This document shows, piece by piece, positions 39,700 through 49,143 of a stretch of 64,000 nt of DNA (positions are counted from its first letter, which is position 1; every line of letters begins with the position of its first letter). The DNA is from an uncultured delta proteobacterium (GTDB lineage Bacteria > Desulfobacterota > Binatia > UBA9968). The translations under genes were made by a program, and so were the position numbers. The stretch is taken from positions 32,001 through 96,000 of the forward strand of contig CAWDPO010000045.1 in NCBI GenBank assembly GCA_963804165.1, given 5' to 3'. The notes below the pieces were generated by a model. It was not told the DNA's origin. It did no database searches and worked only from the letters and a program-made list of their open reading frames with translations.

Positions 39700-41157
39700 C
39701 TAGCCCACGCTGCCTTCGAGACTGACGCCTAGAAGCTTCTGGGCCTCCACGGCAAACTCCATCGGCAGCTCGCGAAACACCTGCTTGCAGAAACCATTGA
39801 CGATCAGCGTTACCGCATCCTCCGGCGAAATACCGCGCTGTCTGCAATAAAAAAGCTGATCTTCGCCGATCTTCGAGGTCGAAGCCTCGTGCTCCACCTG
39901 CGAGGAACTGTTCATGACTTCGAGATAAGGGAAAGTATGCGCGCCGCACTTATCGCCCAGCAGCAACGAGTCACACTGAGAATAATTGCGTGCGCCGGTA
40001 GCGCCCTTCATCACTTTCACGAGCCCCCGATAGGTGTTTTGCCCGTGTCCCGCGGAGATTCCCTTCGAAATGATCGTGCTCTTGGTATTTTTCCCGATGT
40101 GGATCATCTTGGTGCCCGTATCCGCCTGCTGATAGTTGTTGGTGAGTGCCACCGAGTAAAACTCCCCAACCGAGTTGTCACCCCGCAGGATGCAGCTCGG
40201 ATATTTCCAGGTGATCGCCGAGCCGGTCTCTACCTGCGTCCAAGAAATCTTGGAGTTGATTCCCACACACTTGCCCCGCTTGGTGACAAAATTGTAGATC
40301 CCGCCCTTGCCGTCCTTGTCGCCGGGATACCAGTTCTGCACCGTCGAGTACTTGATCTGTGCGTTGTCGAGAGCAACAAGTTCCACGACCGCGGCATGCA
40401 GCTGGTTCTCATCCCGCATCGGCGCGGTGCAGCCTTCGAGATAACTTACGTAGCTACCCTCATCGGCAACGATCAACGTGCGCTCAAATTGGCCTGTCTC
40501 GGCGGCATTGATGCGAAAGTAAGTCGATAGCTCCATCGGGCATCGCACACCTTTGGGGACGTAAACGAAGGAACCGTCACTGAAGACAGCTGCGTTCAAG
40601 GCCGCGAAGAAGTTGTCGCTGTAGGGCACCACCGAGCCGAGATATTTTTTCACCAGCACGGGATGTTTCTGCAGCGCCTCGGAAAAGGAACAAAAGATGA
40701 TCCCCAACGCTCCCAGCTTTTCCTTGAACGTCGTCGCCACCGACACGCTGTCGAAGACCGCATCGACCGCCACGCCGGTGAGCCACTTTTGCTCGGACAA
40801 TGGAATACCGAGCTTCTCATAAGTTTCGAGCAGCTTGGGGTCGACCTCGTCGAGGCTTTTTAGCCCCGCGTTTGTCTTCGGCGCCGAATAGTAGATGAGG
40901 TCCTGGTAGTCGATCGGCGGATAGTGAACGTTGGCCCACTTGGGTTCTGCCTGCGACTTTGCCAGCTTCTCCCAGTGCCGGTAGGCCTTCAGGCGCCAGT
41001 CCAGCATGAAGTTCGGCTCGTTCTTCTTGCCGGAAATCAAGCGAACGATTTCCTTGTTGAGCCCGCGAGGCACCGTGTCGGTCTCGATGTCGGTGACAAA
41101 CCCGTACTTATACTCCCGGCTGAGAAGCTCCTGCGGGTTGTATGTGGAAGTGTTCAT
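39700..41157 (-). CDS. sufB: Fe-S cluster assembly protein SufB
   Basis: [44 protein letters not shown]. Confidence 0.97.
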   Translation of the reverse strand: MNTSTYNPQELLSREYKYGFVTDIETDTVPRGLNKEIVRLISGKKNEPNFMLDWRLKAYRHWEKLAKSQAEPKWANVHYPPIDYQDLIYYSAPKTNAGLKSLDEVDPKLLETYEKLGIPLSEQKWLTGVAVDAVFDSVSVATTFKEKLGALGIIFCSFSEALQKHPVLVKKYLGSVVPYSDNFFAALNAAVFSDGSFVYVPKGVRCPMELSTYFRINAAETGQFERTLIVADEGSYVSYLEGCTAPMRDENQLHAAVVELVALDNAQIKYSTVQNWYPGDKDGKGGIYNFVTKRGKCVGINSKISWTQVETGSAITWKYPSCILRGDNSVGEFYSVALTNNYQQADTGTKMIHIGKNTKSTIISKGISAGHGQNTYRGLVKVMKGATGARNYSQCDSLLLGDKCGAHTFPYLEVMNSSSQVEHEASTSKIGEDQLFYCRQRGISPEDAVTLIVNGFCKQVFRELPMEFAVEAQKLLGVSLEGSVG

Positions 41158-41329
41158 GGCTTTACCTTTGCCTTCCTCTGAGAACAGATTCTTGATTGGC
41201 TCAATTCGGCGAGAATTCACTCGTCCATCTCCAAAAAATGACCTGGCCGAAGTGTTCTCTGTGTAAGATCGAGCCCAGCGCCTCCGGGCAGTTAGCAGAA
41301 GACCCTTCTCGCCTCCGAATTGGGAAGAA

Positions 41330-41656
41330 TCAACTAGAACCAACCGCGCTGGCAGCGATCTGGTGCGAGGTCGAATTGCCGACCTCAAAGATCTCCACTT
41401 TGGGAGTGCCTTCAATCACCCTCGACAGGGCGCGCAAAATCTCAGGATAGGTCTTCTGGTTGTAGACTTCCGCGTCCTCTTTTTTATTCCAGAGACTGAT
41501 CGTCAATGCCTCATTACGATCCGCAGCGACAAAACTAATCGCATCGTCAAATCCTCTTTGCCTTCTGAGCAAGGGAATGACCTCTCCCTCAAGAATCTTC
41601 GTAAACTCCACCGCGCTCTTCGCCTTGAGTTTAAAACTCACGTTTCGGCTATACAT
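41330..41656 (-). CDS. dimeric alpha-beta barrel (ABM-like) small protein
   Basis: [10 protein letters not shown]...[13 protein letters not shown] pattern; AGGGAGG RBS. Confidence 0.7.
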   Translation of the reverse strand: MYSRNVSFKLKAKSAVEFTKILEGEVIPLLRRQRGFDDAISFVAADRNEALTISLWNKKEDAEVYNQKTYPEILRALSRVIEGTPKVEIFEVGNSTSHQIAASAVGSS

Positions 41657-41782
41657 TTCAGCCTCCCTAATTGGACCGGTTGGAGGGTTAGGACGGCAGG
41701 CCTAGAACAAATCTAGGTAACCGTCGAACGTAACCCCATGCCATAATTTTATAAAACCTATCCTGACCATGACGGATTGCTC

Positions 41783-42280
41783 TTAGTTGCTCGTTTGATG
41801 CGCGGCAAATTCGAGAGCTTTGAGACGATATTCCAGCTGTTCCTGAAACCATGTATCCCTGGGCCAGTGCCACTGCGCATGCGGCAGAGACTCGCCGCTA
41901 TAGGAGCAGCCATTCACCTTGCTCTGCAAGAAAATGAGCTGCCAGTAGCTCAGCTTGTCCTTTCCCGCACCATCAACACGAGTTCTGGTAAAAAGTTCTT
42001 TCACCAGTTCTGTAATCCCGCTCAAGGACTCTTGCGCCAGGAGTCCAACCGGAAATGATAGATTGTCCAGATGACCCACCTTCATTGCGACCTCCGCGAT
42101 AATTTTTTTCTTCAGACCAAAAGCAGTCCGCGCGCACGACTCGGGCCGGTTGCAGCGCGATGGTTCCTGTCCGCTCTTTTGCCGGTGTTTTAGTCCTGGC
42201 CCGGCCGGTATTATGGACAGATCGAGCGCAGCACAAATGGAGAGCGGAGAAAGCCATGCGAGTCGTCGCTTAACAACCAC
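41783..42280 (-). CDS. hypothetical protein (alternative start at 42085)
   Basis: GGAGG RBS before both GTG 42280 and ATG 42085; directly downstream of box C promoter. Confidence 0.45.
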   Translation of the reverse strand: MVVKRRLAWLSPLSICAALDLSIIPAGPGLKHRQKSGQEPSRCNRPESCARTAFGLKKKIIAEVAMKVGHLDNLSFPVGLLAQESLSGITELVKELFTRTRVDGAGKDKLSYWQLIFLQSKVNGCSYSGESLPHAQWHWPRDTWFQEQLEYRLKALEFAAHQTSN

Positions 42281-42343
42281 TACTCGGCCTCCTCGTCTAA
42301 ACCGTCTATTGGATTCAATCTATGCCGACTCGACAGAAGTTTC

Positions 42344-42359
42344 CGTCTAATATTGGACA
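42344..42359. promoter_or_regulatory. putative Crp-family box C
   Basis: CGTCT-AATATT-GGACA; minus-strand TAGATT at 42322-42317 (centre -41.5). Confidence 0.78.
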
Positions 42360-42478
42360 GGAATTGAAAAGAATTATCACACCCAGCTTCCAATCACTAA
42401 AAAATGCTCCGGGACACGTTTTCATTGCGTAATATCAACGAATTTTGGCAAACGATGCAGAAACATCGGCTGATTTCT

Positions 42479-42507
42479 TTGACAAAGGTCCTGGCCATCC
42501 TTACCTT
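42479..42507 (+). promoter_or_regulatory. sigma70 promoter of hsp20-lon
   Basis: TTGACA-17 bp-TACCTT. Confidence 0.65.
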
Positions 42508-42554
42508 TATTTATTAGCGCTTGCGTTAGCGAATGGCCTGGAGGCCCATAAAAT

Positions 42555-42986
42555 ATGGCGTCGCACGATTGGGATTTCTTGATTTGGCATCGAGCTAACG
42601 ATCTGCTGCAGCAAGCAGGGCGGATCCATAGGAACTTTTTGCAAATAGCAGCCGGCGCTCACTATCGGGCATCTCCTGGTAGATCGCCAAGTTGGGAACC
42701 TCCCGTTAACGTCGTTGAGACTGATGAGAGCCTTTGGGTGATTTCGGCCATCGCGGGAATGGCAGCCGAGCGAGTAGATGTACGGCTGGAGGGACGCGAA
42801 CTTATCATTGCGGGCGTACGCCCGCTGCCAGATTGCTGCTCTGACGGGGAATTAAAGGTATGGGAAATCCCGCTCGGCCGCTTTGAGCGGCGACTCAGGC
42901 TCGTGCCAAGCGAACAAGCTCTATCGGTAGGAGAAATTTCTTTTCGAGACGGCCTGCTGATCATCGAGCTAAGGAAACATGCATGA
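42555..42986 (+). CDS. Hsp20/alpha-crystallin family protein
   Basis: WEPPVNVVET, L.I.G.R, EIPLGRFERRL, DGLLIIEL. Confidence 0.88.
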   Translation: MASHDWDFLIWHRANDLLQQAGRIHRNFLQIAAGAHYRASPGRSPSWEPPVNVVETDESLWVISAIAGMAAERVDVRLEGRELIIAGVRPLPDCCSDGELKVWEIPLGRFERRLRLVPSEQALSVGEISFRDGLLIIELRKHA

Positions 42987-45397
42987 ACACCGAAGAAGAA
43001 GAAAAGGAATCCTCTAAATCCAAGCAGCGTCTCAATATTCCCGAAGGAGCCTTGGTCATCATACCGATGCGCAATCGGGTGCTGTTCCCCGCCATGATGA
43101 TGCCGCTTTCGGTCCGTAGCCCGGCCAGGCGCCGCGCTGTCGAGGAGGCGGTTCGACAACAAGTGCCGATTGGATTTGTTGTCCAACGCGATCCGAATAT
43201 AGAAGTTCCAGAGCCCAAGGACCTCTACGCGGTCGGCACCGCCGCGGATGTTGTAAGGATGTTTACCCTGCCGGACGGTCAGCGTCAGGTTCTCCTGCAA
43301 GGCCGCCGCCGCTTTGAGATCGGCGAATTCCTCGAGACCGATCCGGTTCTTATCGCGCGCGTCACGATGGTGGAAGAAAAGATACCGCAGACCAAGGACT
43401 TCGAGGCGAGAATCTTACATCTACGTCAAGAAGCAGCCCGGGCCTTGTCGTTATTCTCTGAGCCCATGAACGAACTAAGATCGATGATCGATAGGATTGA
43501 AGATCCCTTATCGGTTATCGATATGATCGCTTCCACCTTGGACCTTCCGACCGCCGAGAAACAAGAAATCCTCGGAATACTCGACCCGGAGGCGCGCGCC
43601 CAAAGGGTTTCAGAAAAGTTGGCGCGGCAGATTGAACTGCTGGAACTGAGCAAGAAAATCGGCACTGAAACCAAGGAATCCATGGACAAGTCGCAGCGCC
43701 AATATTTCCTGCGCGAACAATTGAAGGCAATCCAGAAAGAGCTGGGTGAGGCGGATGGGAAAGGTGTCGAGGTTGAGGAACTAAGAAAAAAACTTTACGA
43801 CGCTAAAATGCCTCCTGAGGTGGAAAAAGAAGCGCTTAAAGAGCTGGCTCGTTTAGAGCGCATTCCCGAGGCGGCGCCGGAACACTCGCTGTTGCGGACT
43901 TATTTCGATTGGTTGGTGGAGTTGCCCTGGAGCATTTTTACCGAGGAAGAGATCGACCTGCCGAAGGCGCGCCAGATTCTTGACGCCGACCATTACGGTC
44001 TGGAAAAAGTGAAAAAGCGGATCATTGAATTTCTCGCTGTTCGTAAACTCATGCCGCATGGAAAGAGCCCGATTCTCTGCTTGGTCGGACCGCCGGGTGT
44101 CGGAAAAACCTCCCTTGGACAAAGCATTGCTCGGTCGATGAATCGTAAGTTCGTACGCCAAAGTCTGGGCGGCGTCCATGATGAAGCCGATATTCGCGGG
44201 CATCGGCGTACCTATGTCGGCGCGCTTCCGGGCAATATCATTCAAGGAATCCGCAAGGCAGGCAGTCGAAATCCTGTCTTCATGCTCGATGAAGTGGACA
44301 AACTCAGCGCGAGTTTTCATGGCGACCCGTCCGCGGCGTTATTGGAGGTCCTCGATCCCGCTCAAAATGCCACCTTTCAAGACCACTACATCGCGCTGCC
44401 CTTCGATCTCAGCCAGGTGCTGTTCATCGCTACGGCGAACGTGCTCGATACCGTTCCCGGCCCGCTGCGCGATCGCATGGAAATCTTGGAATTGCCGGGA
44501 TACATCGAGGAAGATAAATTGGCCATCGCCAAGGGCTACCTCGTTCCTCGGCAGACCGCCGAAAATGGCCTGAAGCCGGAAAACATTAGTTTCACCGACG
44601 AGGCGATTCGAGAAATTATCCGGTCCTACACGCGCGAGGCCGGGGTTCGGCAACTCGAGCGTGAGCTGGGAGCAGTTTGCCGGAGCGTGGCCACGCGTAT
44701 CGCGGAAGGGTTCAATGAAACGATCACAGTCAAGCCGGAATCTATTCCTACCTACTTGGGCCCGCAAAAGTTCTTCAACGAGATCGCTCTGCGCACCAGT
44801 TTGCCCGGTGTAGCCACCGGCTTGGCCTGGACGCCGTTCGGCGGGGACATTTTGTTTGTCGAAGCGACAAAGATGGCGGGAGATGGAAGGTTACTATTAA
44901 CCGGCCAGCTCGGCGATGTCATGAAAGAAAGCGCGCAGGCCGCTTTGAGCCTGGTCAAATCTCGCGCGGAATCGTTGGGAATCGATTCCGATATCTTCAA
45001 GAAAATCGATTTACACATTCATCTCCCGGCGGGCGCGATCCCGAAAGACGGTCCGAGCGCTGGAATCACGCTCTTTGTCGCGCTCGTTTCACTGCTGACC
45101 GGGCGACGAATCAGCAAAGATGTCGCCATGACCGGTGAGATCAGTTTGCGTGGTTTGGTGCTCCCGGTAGGAGGAATCAAAGAGAAAATGCTCGCGGCAA
45201 AGAGAGCCGGGATTTCCACGGTTCTGCTGCCTGAGTTAAACCGGAGAGACCTTGAAGAAATACCCCCGGCAGGCCGCGACGGGATCCGCTTCGAATTTTT
45301 AAAAACCGCGGACGAAGCTTTGCGGCTTGCGCTCAAGGCCGACGCCCCGAGCGGTTATTCTCCTGGTGAAAGACTGGCGGCTCAATTTCTTTCATAA
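42983..45397 (+). CDS. lon: ATP-dependent Lon protease
   Basis: GPPGVGKTS, GHRRTYVGA, PKDGPSAG catalytic Ser, GGIKEK. Confidence 0.97.
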   Translation: MNTEEEEKESSKSKQRLNIPEGALVIIPMRNRVLFPAMMMPLSVRSPARRRAVEEAVRQQVPIGFVVQRDPNIEVPEPKDLYAVGTAADVVRMFTLPDGQRQVLLQGRRRFEIGEFLETDPVLIARVTMVEEKIPQTKDFEARILHLRQEAARALSLFSEPMNELRSMIDRIEDPLSVIDMIASTLDLPTAEKQEILGILDPEARAQRVSEKLARQIELLELSKKIGTETKESMDKSQRQYFLREQLKAIQKELGEADGKGVEVEELRKKLYDAKMPPEVEKEALKELARLERIPEAAPEHSLLRTYFDWLVELPWSIFTEEEIDLPKARQILDADHYGLEKVKKRIIEFLAVRKLMPHGKSPILCLVGPPGVGKTSLGQSIARSMNRKFVRQSLGGVHDEADIRGHRRTYVGALPGNIIQGIRKAGSRNPVFMLDEVDKLSASFHGDPSAALLEVLDPAQNATFQDHYIALPFDLSQVLFIATANVLDTVPGPLRDRMEILELPGYIEEDKLAIAKGYLVPRQTAENGLKPENISFTDEAIREIIRSYTREAGVRQLERELGAVCRSVATRIAEGFNETITVKPESIPTYLGPQKFFNEIALRTSLPGVATGLAWTPFGGDILFVEATKMAGDGRLLLTGQLGDVMKESAQAALSLVKSRAESLGIDSDIFKKIDLHIHLPAGAIPKDGPSAGITLFVALVSLLTGRRISKDVAMTGEISLRGLVLPVGGIKEKMLAAKRAGISTVLLPELNRRDLEEIPPAGRDGIRFEFLKTADEALRLALKADAPSGYSPGERLAAQFLS

Positions 45398-45668
45398 AAT
45401 AGATTGGCTCGCATAACCGACAACGGAGCCGCCAGTTTATAGGAACTTGTGGTGCGATCGAGCGTAAGTGTGACAACACATCAATTCCCTGGAGGCGAGG
45501 CGGGTGAAGATCGGAAAGCACGAGATCAAATCGAAACTTGTCTAGCAAGTCCAGAGCCTCATCGCCGTCTCTTGCCTCTTTGACCTGGTAACCCGCTGCG
45601 CACAAAAACAGCCTGACACTTTGTCGAATGAGAGGGTCAGCTTCGATAACTAGAAATTTTTTTGTCAC
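45333..45668 (-). pseudogene. truncated response regulator receiver domain
   Basis: FLVIEAD, FDLVLSDL...PQVPI, after which similarity stops (no T/S or KP); tail overlaps the lon 3' end. Confidence 0.6.
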
Positions 45669-45875
45669 GATGAGAGCCGAAGACGGCTGTGCAGCAGCCC
45701 CTACTTTTGGCCGCCACTTATCGAAGCACCGCTCCGCCCCGTTTAAGACTGCCTGTCGAAAGGCGAACCGGAATTGTCTAGCAACATAGCCGAGTCGTTG
45801 GTTAAGTGGAGCGCCTGATGAGGTTTCTGAGATCGCGTTGATCGTTTCGTTAGCTGCTCAATATTCTATTTTGAT

Positions 45876-46310
45876 TTAGACCGCCCTGCGCTGCTCGGCC
45901 GTCGTCTCATGAGCAGATTGCTTGTGTGACGATATCCGGTCGCCGTCGTGCCAGCGCCGGAGCCCTTGGCGGATATACTGCGGGCATAGCTCGAGCACAT
46001 TGCAAATGGAGACAAACGAGAAGGGCCAATGAGGATCATCGCTGAACAACCAATGCTCGGCTTCCCGACCTAAATGTTTGGCGCGCCGGGTAGCGCGGCT
46101 AAACTGCTTCTGAAAGCAATCCACGGCATCTTCAAGCACGGCGCACATCAACGCCGCTTCTGCATAGCTAACGGCGCGGCTGGGTCGAGCATTGAACGCC
46201 TCGTCTGCGAGCATGTCCTTCCCGGGCCCGCGTTCGGATACGGGCTTTCGGTCAGCGGCCACGGCCTGCGGTAATTTGCTTTGCCGAGATTGGATGTGCG
46301 TAGCATGCAT
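45876..46310 (-). CDS. hypothetical protein, paralog of 21279-21722
   Basis: EAALMCAVLEDAVDC...WLFSDD..PFSFVSICNVLELCPQYIRQGL; GAGGAG RBS. Confidence 0.8.
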   Translation of the reverse strand: MHATHIQSRQSKLPQAVAADRKPVSERGPGKDMLADEAFNARPSRAVSYAEAALMCAVLEDAVDCFQKQFSRATRRAKHLGREAEHWLFSDDPHWPFSFVSICNVLELCPQYIRQGLRRWHDGDRISSHKQSAHETTAEQRRAV

Positions 46311-46468
46311 ATTGCCCCTCCCTCCTCTAAGAAATGCCAAAAAAGTGCAGCGCGACCCCTACTATGACGGGACCAAGTTGCGCGTTGCTTGGAGCCAGCT
46401 CAAGCCCAGCGCCAAAACTGAGCGAAAAAATTCTAATAAAGTTTACGAGATTCCTGTTGGCTGTAAAT

Positions 46469-46669
46469 TCAGGTCTCGTTCTGCCTCTCCAGCGGCAAAT
46501 GCGCTTCCCCACATCGTCGTTGCCGATCACGCGCGTCTCGGTGTGAGAGCCCTTGCCTCAACGAGATGATTTCATCTCGAGTTTCCCCTAGTACTGGATT
46601 GCTTTCACGGTCGCTTCTGCCTCGGTGTGGGGGTCGTCGACCCTCAGCACGGCGGTTGTCGGTAGCCAT
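46469..46669 (-). CDS. small Arg-rich hypothetical protein
   Basis: GGAGGT RBS, about 20 nt below the predicted TSS of the box D promoter. Confidence 0.45.
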   Translation of the reverse strand: MATDNRRAEGRRPPHRGRSDRESNPVLGETRDEIISLRQGLSHRDARDRQRRCGEAHLPLERQNET

Positions 46670-46722
46670 GGGACACCTCCGTCTCTTTCGGAGTTACCCT
46701 AAGCCGACGCGATAAGGGTTTC

Positions 46723-46738
46723 TGTCTAATATTGGACG
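46723..46738. promoter_or_regulatory. putative Crp-family box D
   Basis: TGTCT-AATATT-GGACG; minus-strand TAGGGT at 46701-46696 (centre -41.5). Confidence 0.78.
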
Positions 46739-46922
46739 AAAAGGAAGAGGAAATAATGAGAGCCCCAAGAAATGGGCGGGGCTTATCACCAGCGCCGGAG
46801 CGGCGACTCAAAGTTCGGACTAGATTACTCTTTCGCGGTGAAAACGCAGTGATTTGACGCGTAAATACCAAATTTGCTGTCTTCGAAATTTGCGCTTAGA
46901 CGTCGTTTAAACGGCCGTCGTC

Positions 46923-47411
46923 CTAAGCGAGCGAGAAAGCAAACGGATCGCTTCGCATCAGCATCTCTCTGATTTCATCCCGATGTTTTTTCTGCTCTCG
47001 GGAAATCTGCTGCAGAAATTTGGCGATGTCGGGGTCTTCGGATTCCATACTCCGGAGTTGCTCCGGTAGGCGATCCGCCGAGCGATACTCTTCGTCGAGA
47101 GCCATGGACAAAGATTGCCAACTGTTTTCGTCCGTTGAGGGACGCTCCGCCACTTCCGGCGGCTTGCCCCCGAGCGCGACGATTTTTTCGCCGATCCGCT
47201 CGGCATGTTGACTTTTTTCCTTCGCCATCCGCAGGAATTTCTCGCGATACTGCCGATAGTGCATCGTCTCGGCATGCTGTTTAAACCGCTCGATCCGCTG
47301 CATCTCTTCGACATAGCGCCGGCATAAAAGGTCGACGGCGTCGGGAGCTTTGTCGGGAGCAAGATCGAGCAAACGGCGCCACCATTCCGACCAGGTTTTG
47401 CTAAAGGGCAT
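46923..47411 (-). CDS. ferritin-like domain protein
   Basis: EKSQHAERIGEKIVALGG and EQKKH four-helix ExxH-type motifs. Confidence 0.75.
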   Translation of the reverse strand: MPFSKTWSEWWRRLLDLAPDKAPDAVDLLCRRYVEEMQRIERFKQHAETMHYRQYREKFLRMAKEKSQHAERIGEKIVALGGKPPEVAERPSTDENSWQSLSMALDEEYRSADRLPEQLRSMESEDPDIAKFLQQISREQKKHRDEIREMLMRSDPFAFSLA

Positions 47412-47721
47412 ATTGATTATTCCTTTTTTGAAAAGCCGCTCATACTCTCGAGCAATCAATCGATGCTAAGCGAGAGTTTCGACTCGCAGGCTTTTTCTTT
47501 TGTGTTTCGGTTCGATCATTCTTCACCGACTTACATAATCGCGGCCCGGCAGGAATTGCTGTCCAGAGAGGCCGAGTTGAAGCGTGGTGAAGGCGAGTTC
47601 GGGAATCTTTCTTCACCGCAGAGAGCTAGCGCGACAGGGCGGCAATCAAAGAAGAAAGGATGGTTTCCACCACAAAGAGCTTAAGCGGCATAGAAATGTC
47701 ACCGATTCACGATCAAGCAAA

Positions 47722-49143
47722 TTACTCACTACCACTTTGTCCCCGGGATTGCGCTTCCTCTGGATTGGTATCAGGAATCGAGGCTTCTTCTCGAAAGCCG
47801 TATTTAATCAATTTATAACGCAGCGCCCGCTCGCTCATTCCCAGCAACTCTGCGGCGCGGGTTTGGACGCCATCGGATCGGGCCAGGGCGTCCCTGATCA
47901 TGCGCCGCTCCAGCGCTTCCACCGCGACCGTGAGATTAGTTTCCGTGTCGCGGTCCGATATTTCTGGCTCCTGAACCGTCAATGGTAGATCACCGCTGCC
48001 GATCACATCATCCCTGGTGAGAACCACTGCGCGCTCGATAATATTTTCCAGCTCGCGGACATTTCCCGGATAGTCGTAGCGTAACAGAATATCCCGGGCT
48101 TCATGGGTAAGACCGCGGATCGTCTTGCCGTTTTTATCAGCGAAATGGCGCAGGAAGTGGTCCATCAGCAGTGCAACATCGGAGCGCCTTTCCCGCAGCG
48201 GTGGAATTAGGATCGTGACTACATTGAGCCGAAAGTAGAGATCTTCCCGCAGCTGTCCCGCTTTGATGAGATCCTCGAGCGGCCGATGGCTGGCCGCCAT
48301 GATCCTGACGTTGACCTTGACCGGACGACTGGAGCCCACCTTCTCGTATTCGCGCTCTTGAAGCACGCGCAGCAGCTTCGCTTGCAGATGCAAGGGAAGG
48401 TCGCCGATTTCGTCGAGAAAGATCGTCCCACCATTGGCTAATTCAAAGCGCCCCTGGCGCGAACCTATCGCGCCCGTAAAAGCGCCTTTTTCATGGCCGA
48501 ATAATTCCGATTCGAGCAGCGCTTCCGGAAGTGCCGCGCAGTTTACCTTGACGAGAGGACCCGAGGCTCTTGGGCTGGCAAAGTGGATGGCCCTGGCAAT
48601 CAGCTCTTTTCCCGTGCCGCTCTCGCCACGGATCAAGACCGTCGCTTCGCTCGGCGCCACCCGACGCACCAAAGAAAGGACTTCAAGCATCTGGCCGCTC
48701 TCGCCGATGATTCCTTCGATGCGATGGCGTTCCCGTAAGGCTTCCCGCAGCTCGCGGTTCTCGTTGATAATTCGATAGCGGTCGCTGACCTGTCGAATGC
48801 GGTAAAGCAGCTCATCCAAATTCAGCGGCTTGGTCAGGTAGTCGGTCGCTCCTCCCCGGATAGCGGAAACGGCCGCTTCGATGCTGCCGAAGGCGGTCAT
48901 CAAAATGACCGGGATTTCAGGGTTGATGGCGCGAACGGCCTGCAACAGATCCAAACCCGACATGTGGGGCATCTTTTGATCCGTGAGAATCAGATCGATG
49001 GAGTCCTGCCGAAAAAGCTCCAAGGCCCTTGCGCCGGTTTCGGCTGCGACGACGTCAAAGGCCTGCTTTTTGAGGAAACCCGAGACCATCTCGCGCTGGA
49101 CCGGTTCGTCGTCGACTACGAGAATACGGAAACGATTGGGCAT
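47722..49143 (-). CDS. sigma54-dependent response regulator (NtrC/ZraR/AtoC family bEBP)
   Basis: receiver; GESGTGKE, ESELFGHEKGAFTGA, FLDEIG, PGNVREL; Fis-type HTH. Confidence 0.96.
   Translation of the reverse strand: MPNRFRILVVDDEPVQREMVSGFLKKQAFDVVAAETGARALELFRQDSIDLILTDQKMPHMSGLDLLQAVRAINPEIPVILMTAFGSIEAAVSAIRGGATDYLTKPLNLDELLYRIRQVSDRYRIINENRELREALRERHRIEGIIGESGQMLEVLSLVRRVAPSEATVLIRGESGTGKELIARAIHFASPRASGPLVKVNCAALPEALLESELFGHEKGAFTGAIGSRQGRFELANGGTIFLDEIGDLPLHLQAKLLRVLQEREYEKVGSSRPVKVNVRIMAASHRPLEDLIKAGQLREDLYFRLNVVTILIPPLRERRSDVALLMDHFLRHFADKNGKTIRGLTHEARDILLRYDYPGNVRELENIIERAVVLTRDDVIGSGDLPLTVQEPEISDRDTETNLTVAVEALERRMIRDALARSDGVQTRAAELLGMSERALRYKLIKYGFREEASIPDTNPEEAQSRGQSGSE

Noticed and set aside
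42514-42540. possible CIRCE (HrcA) element before hsp20
   Set aside because: Only a degenerate left half (TTAGCGCTT); the right half GAGTGCTAA is absent
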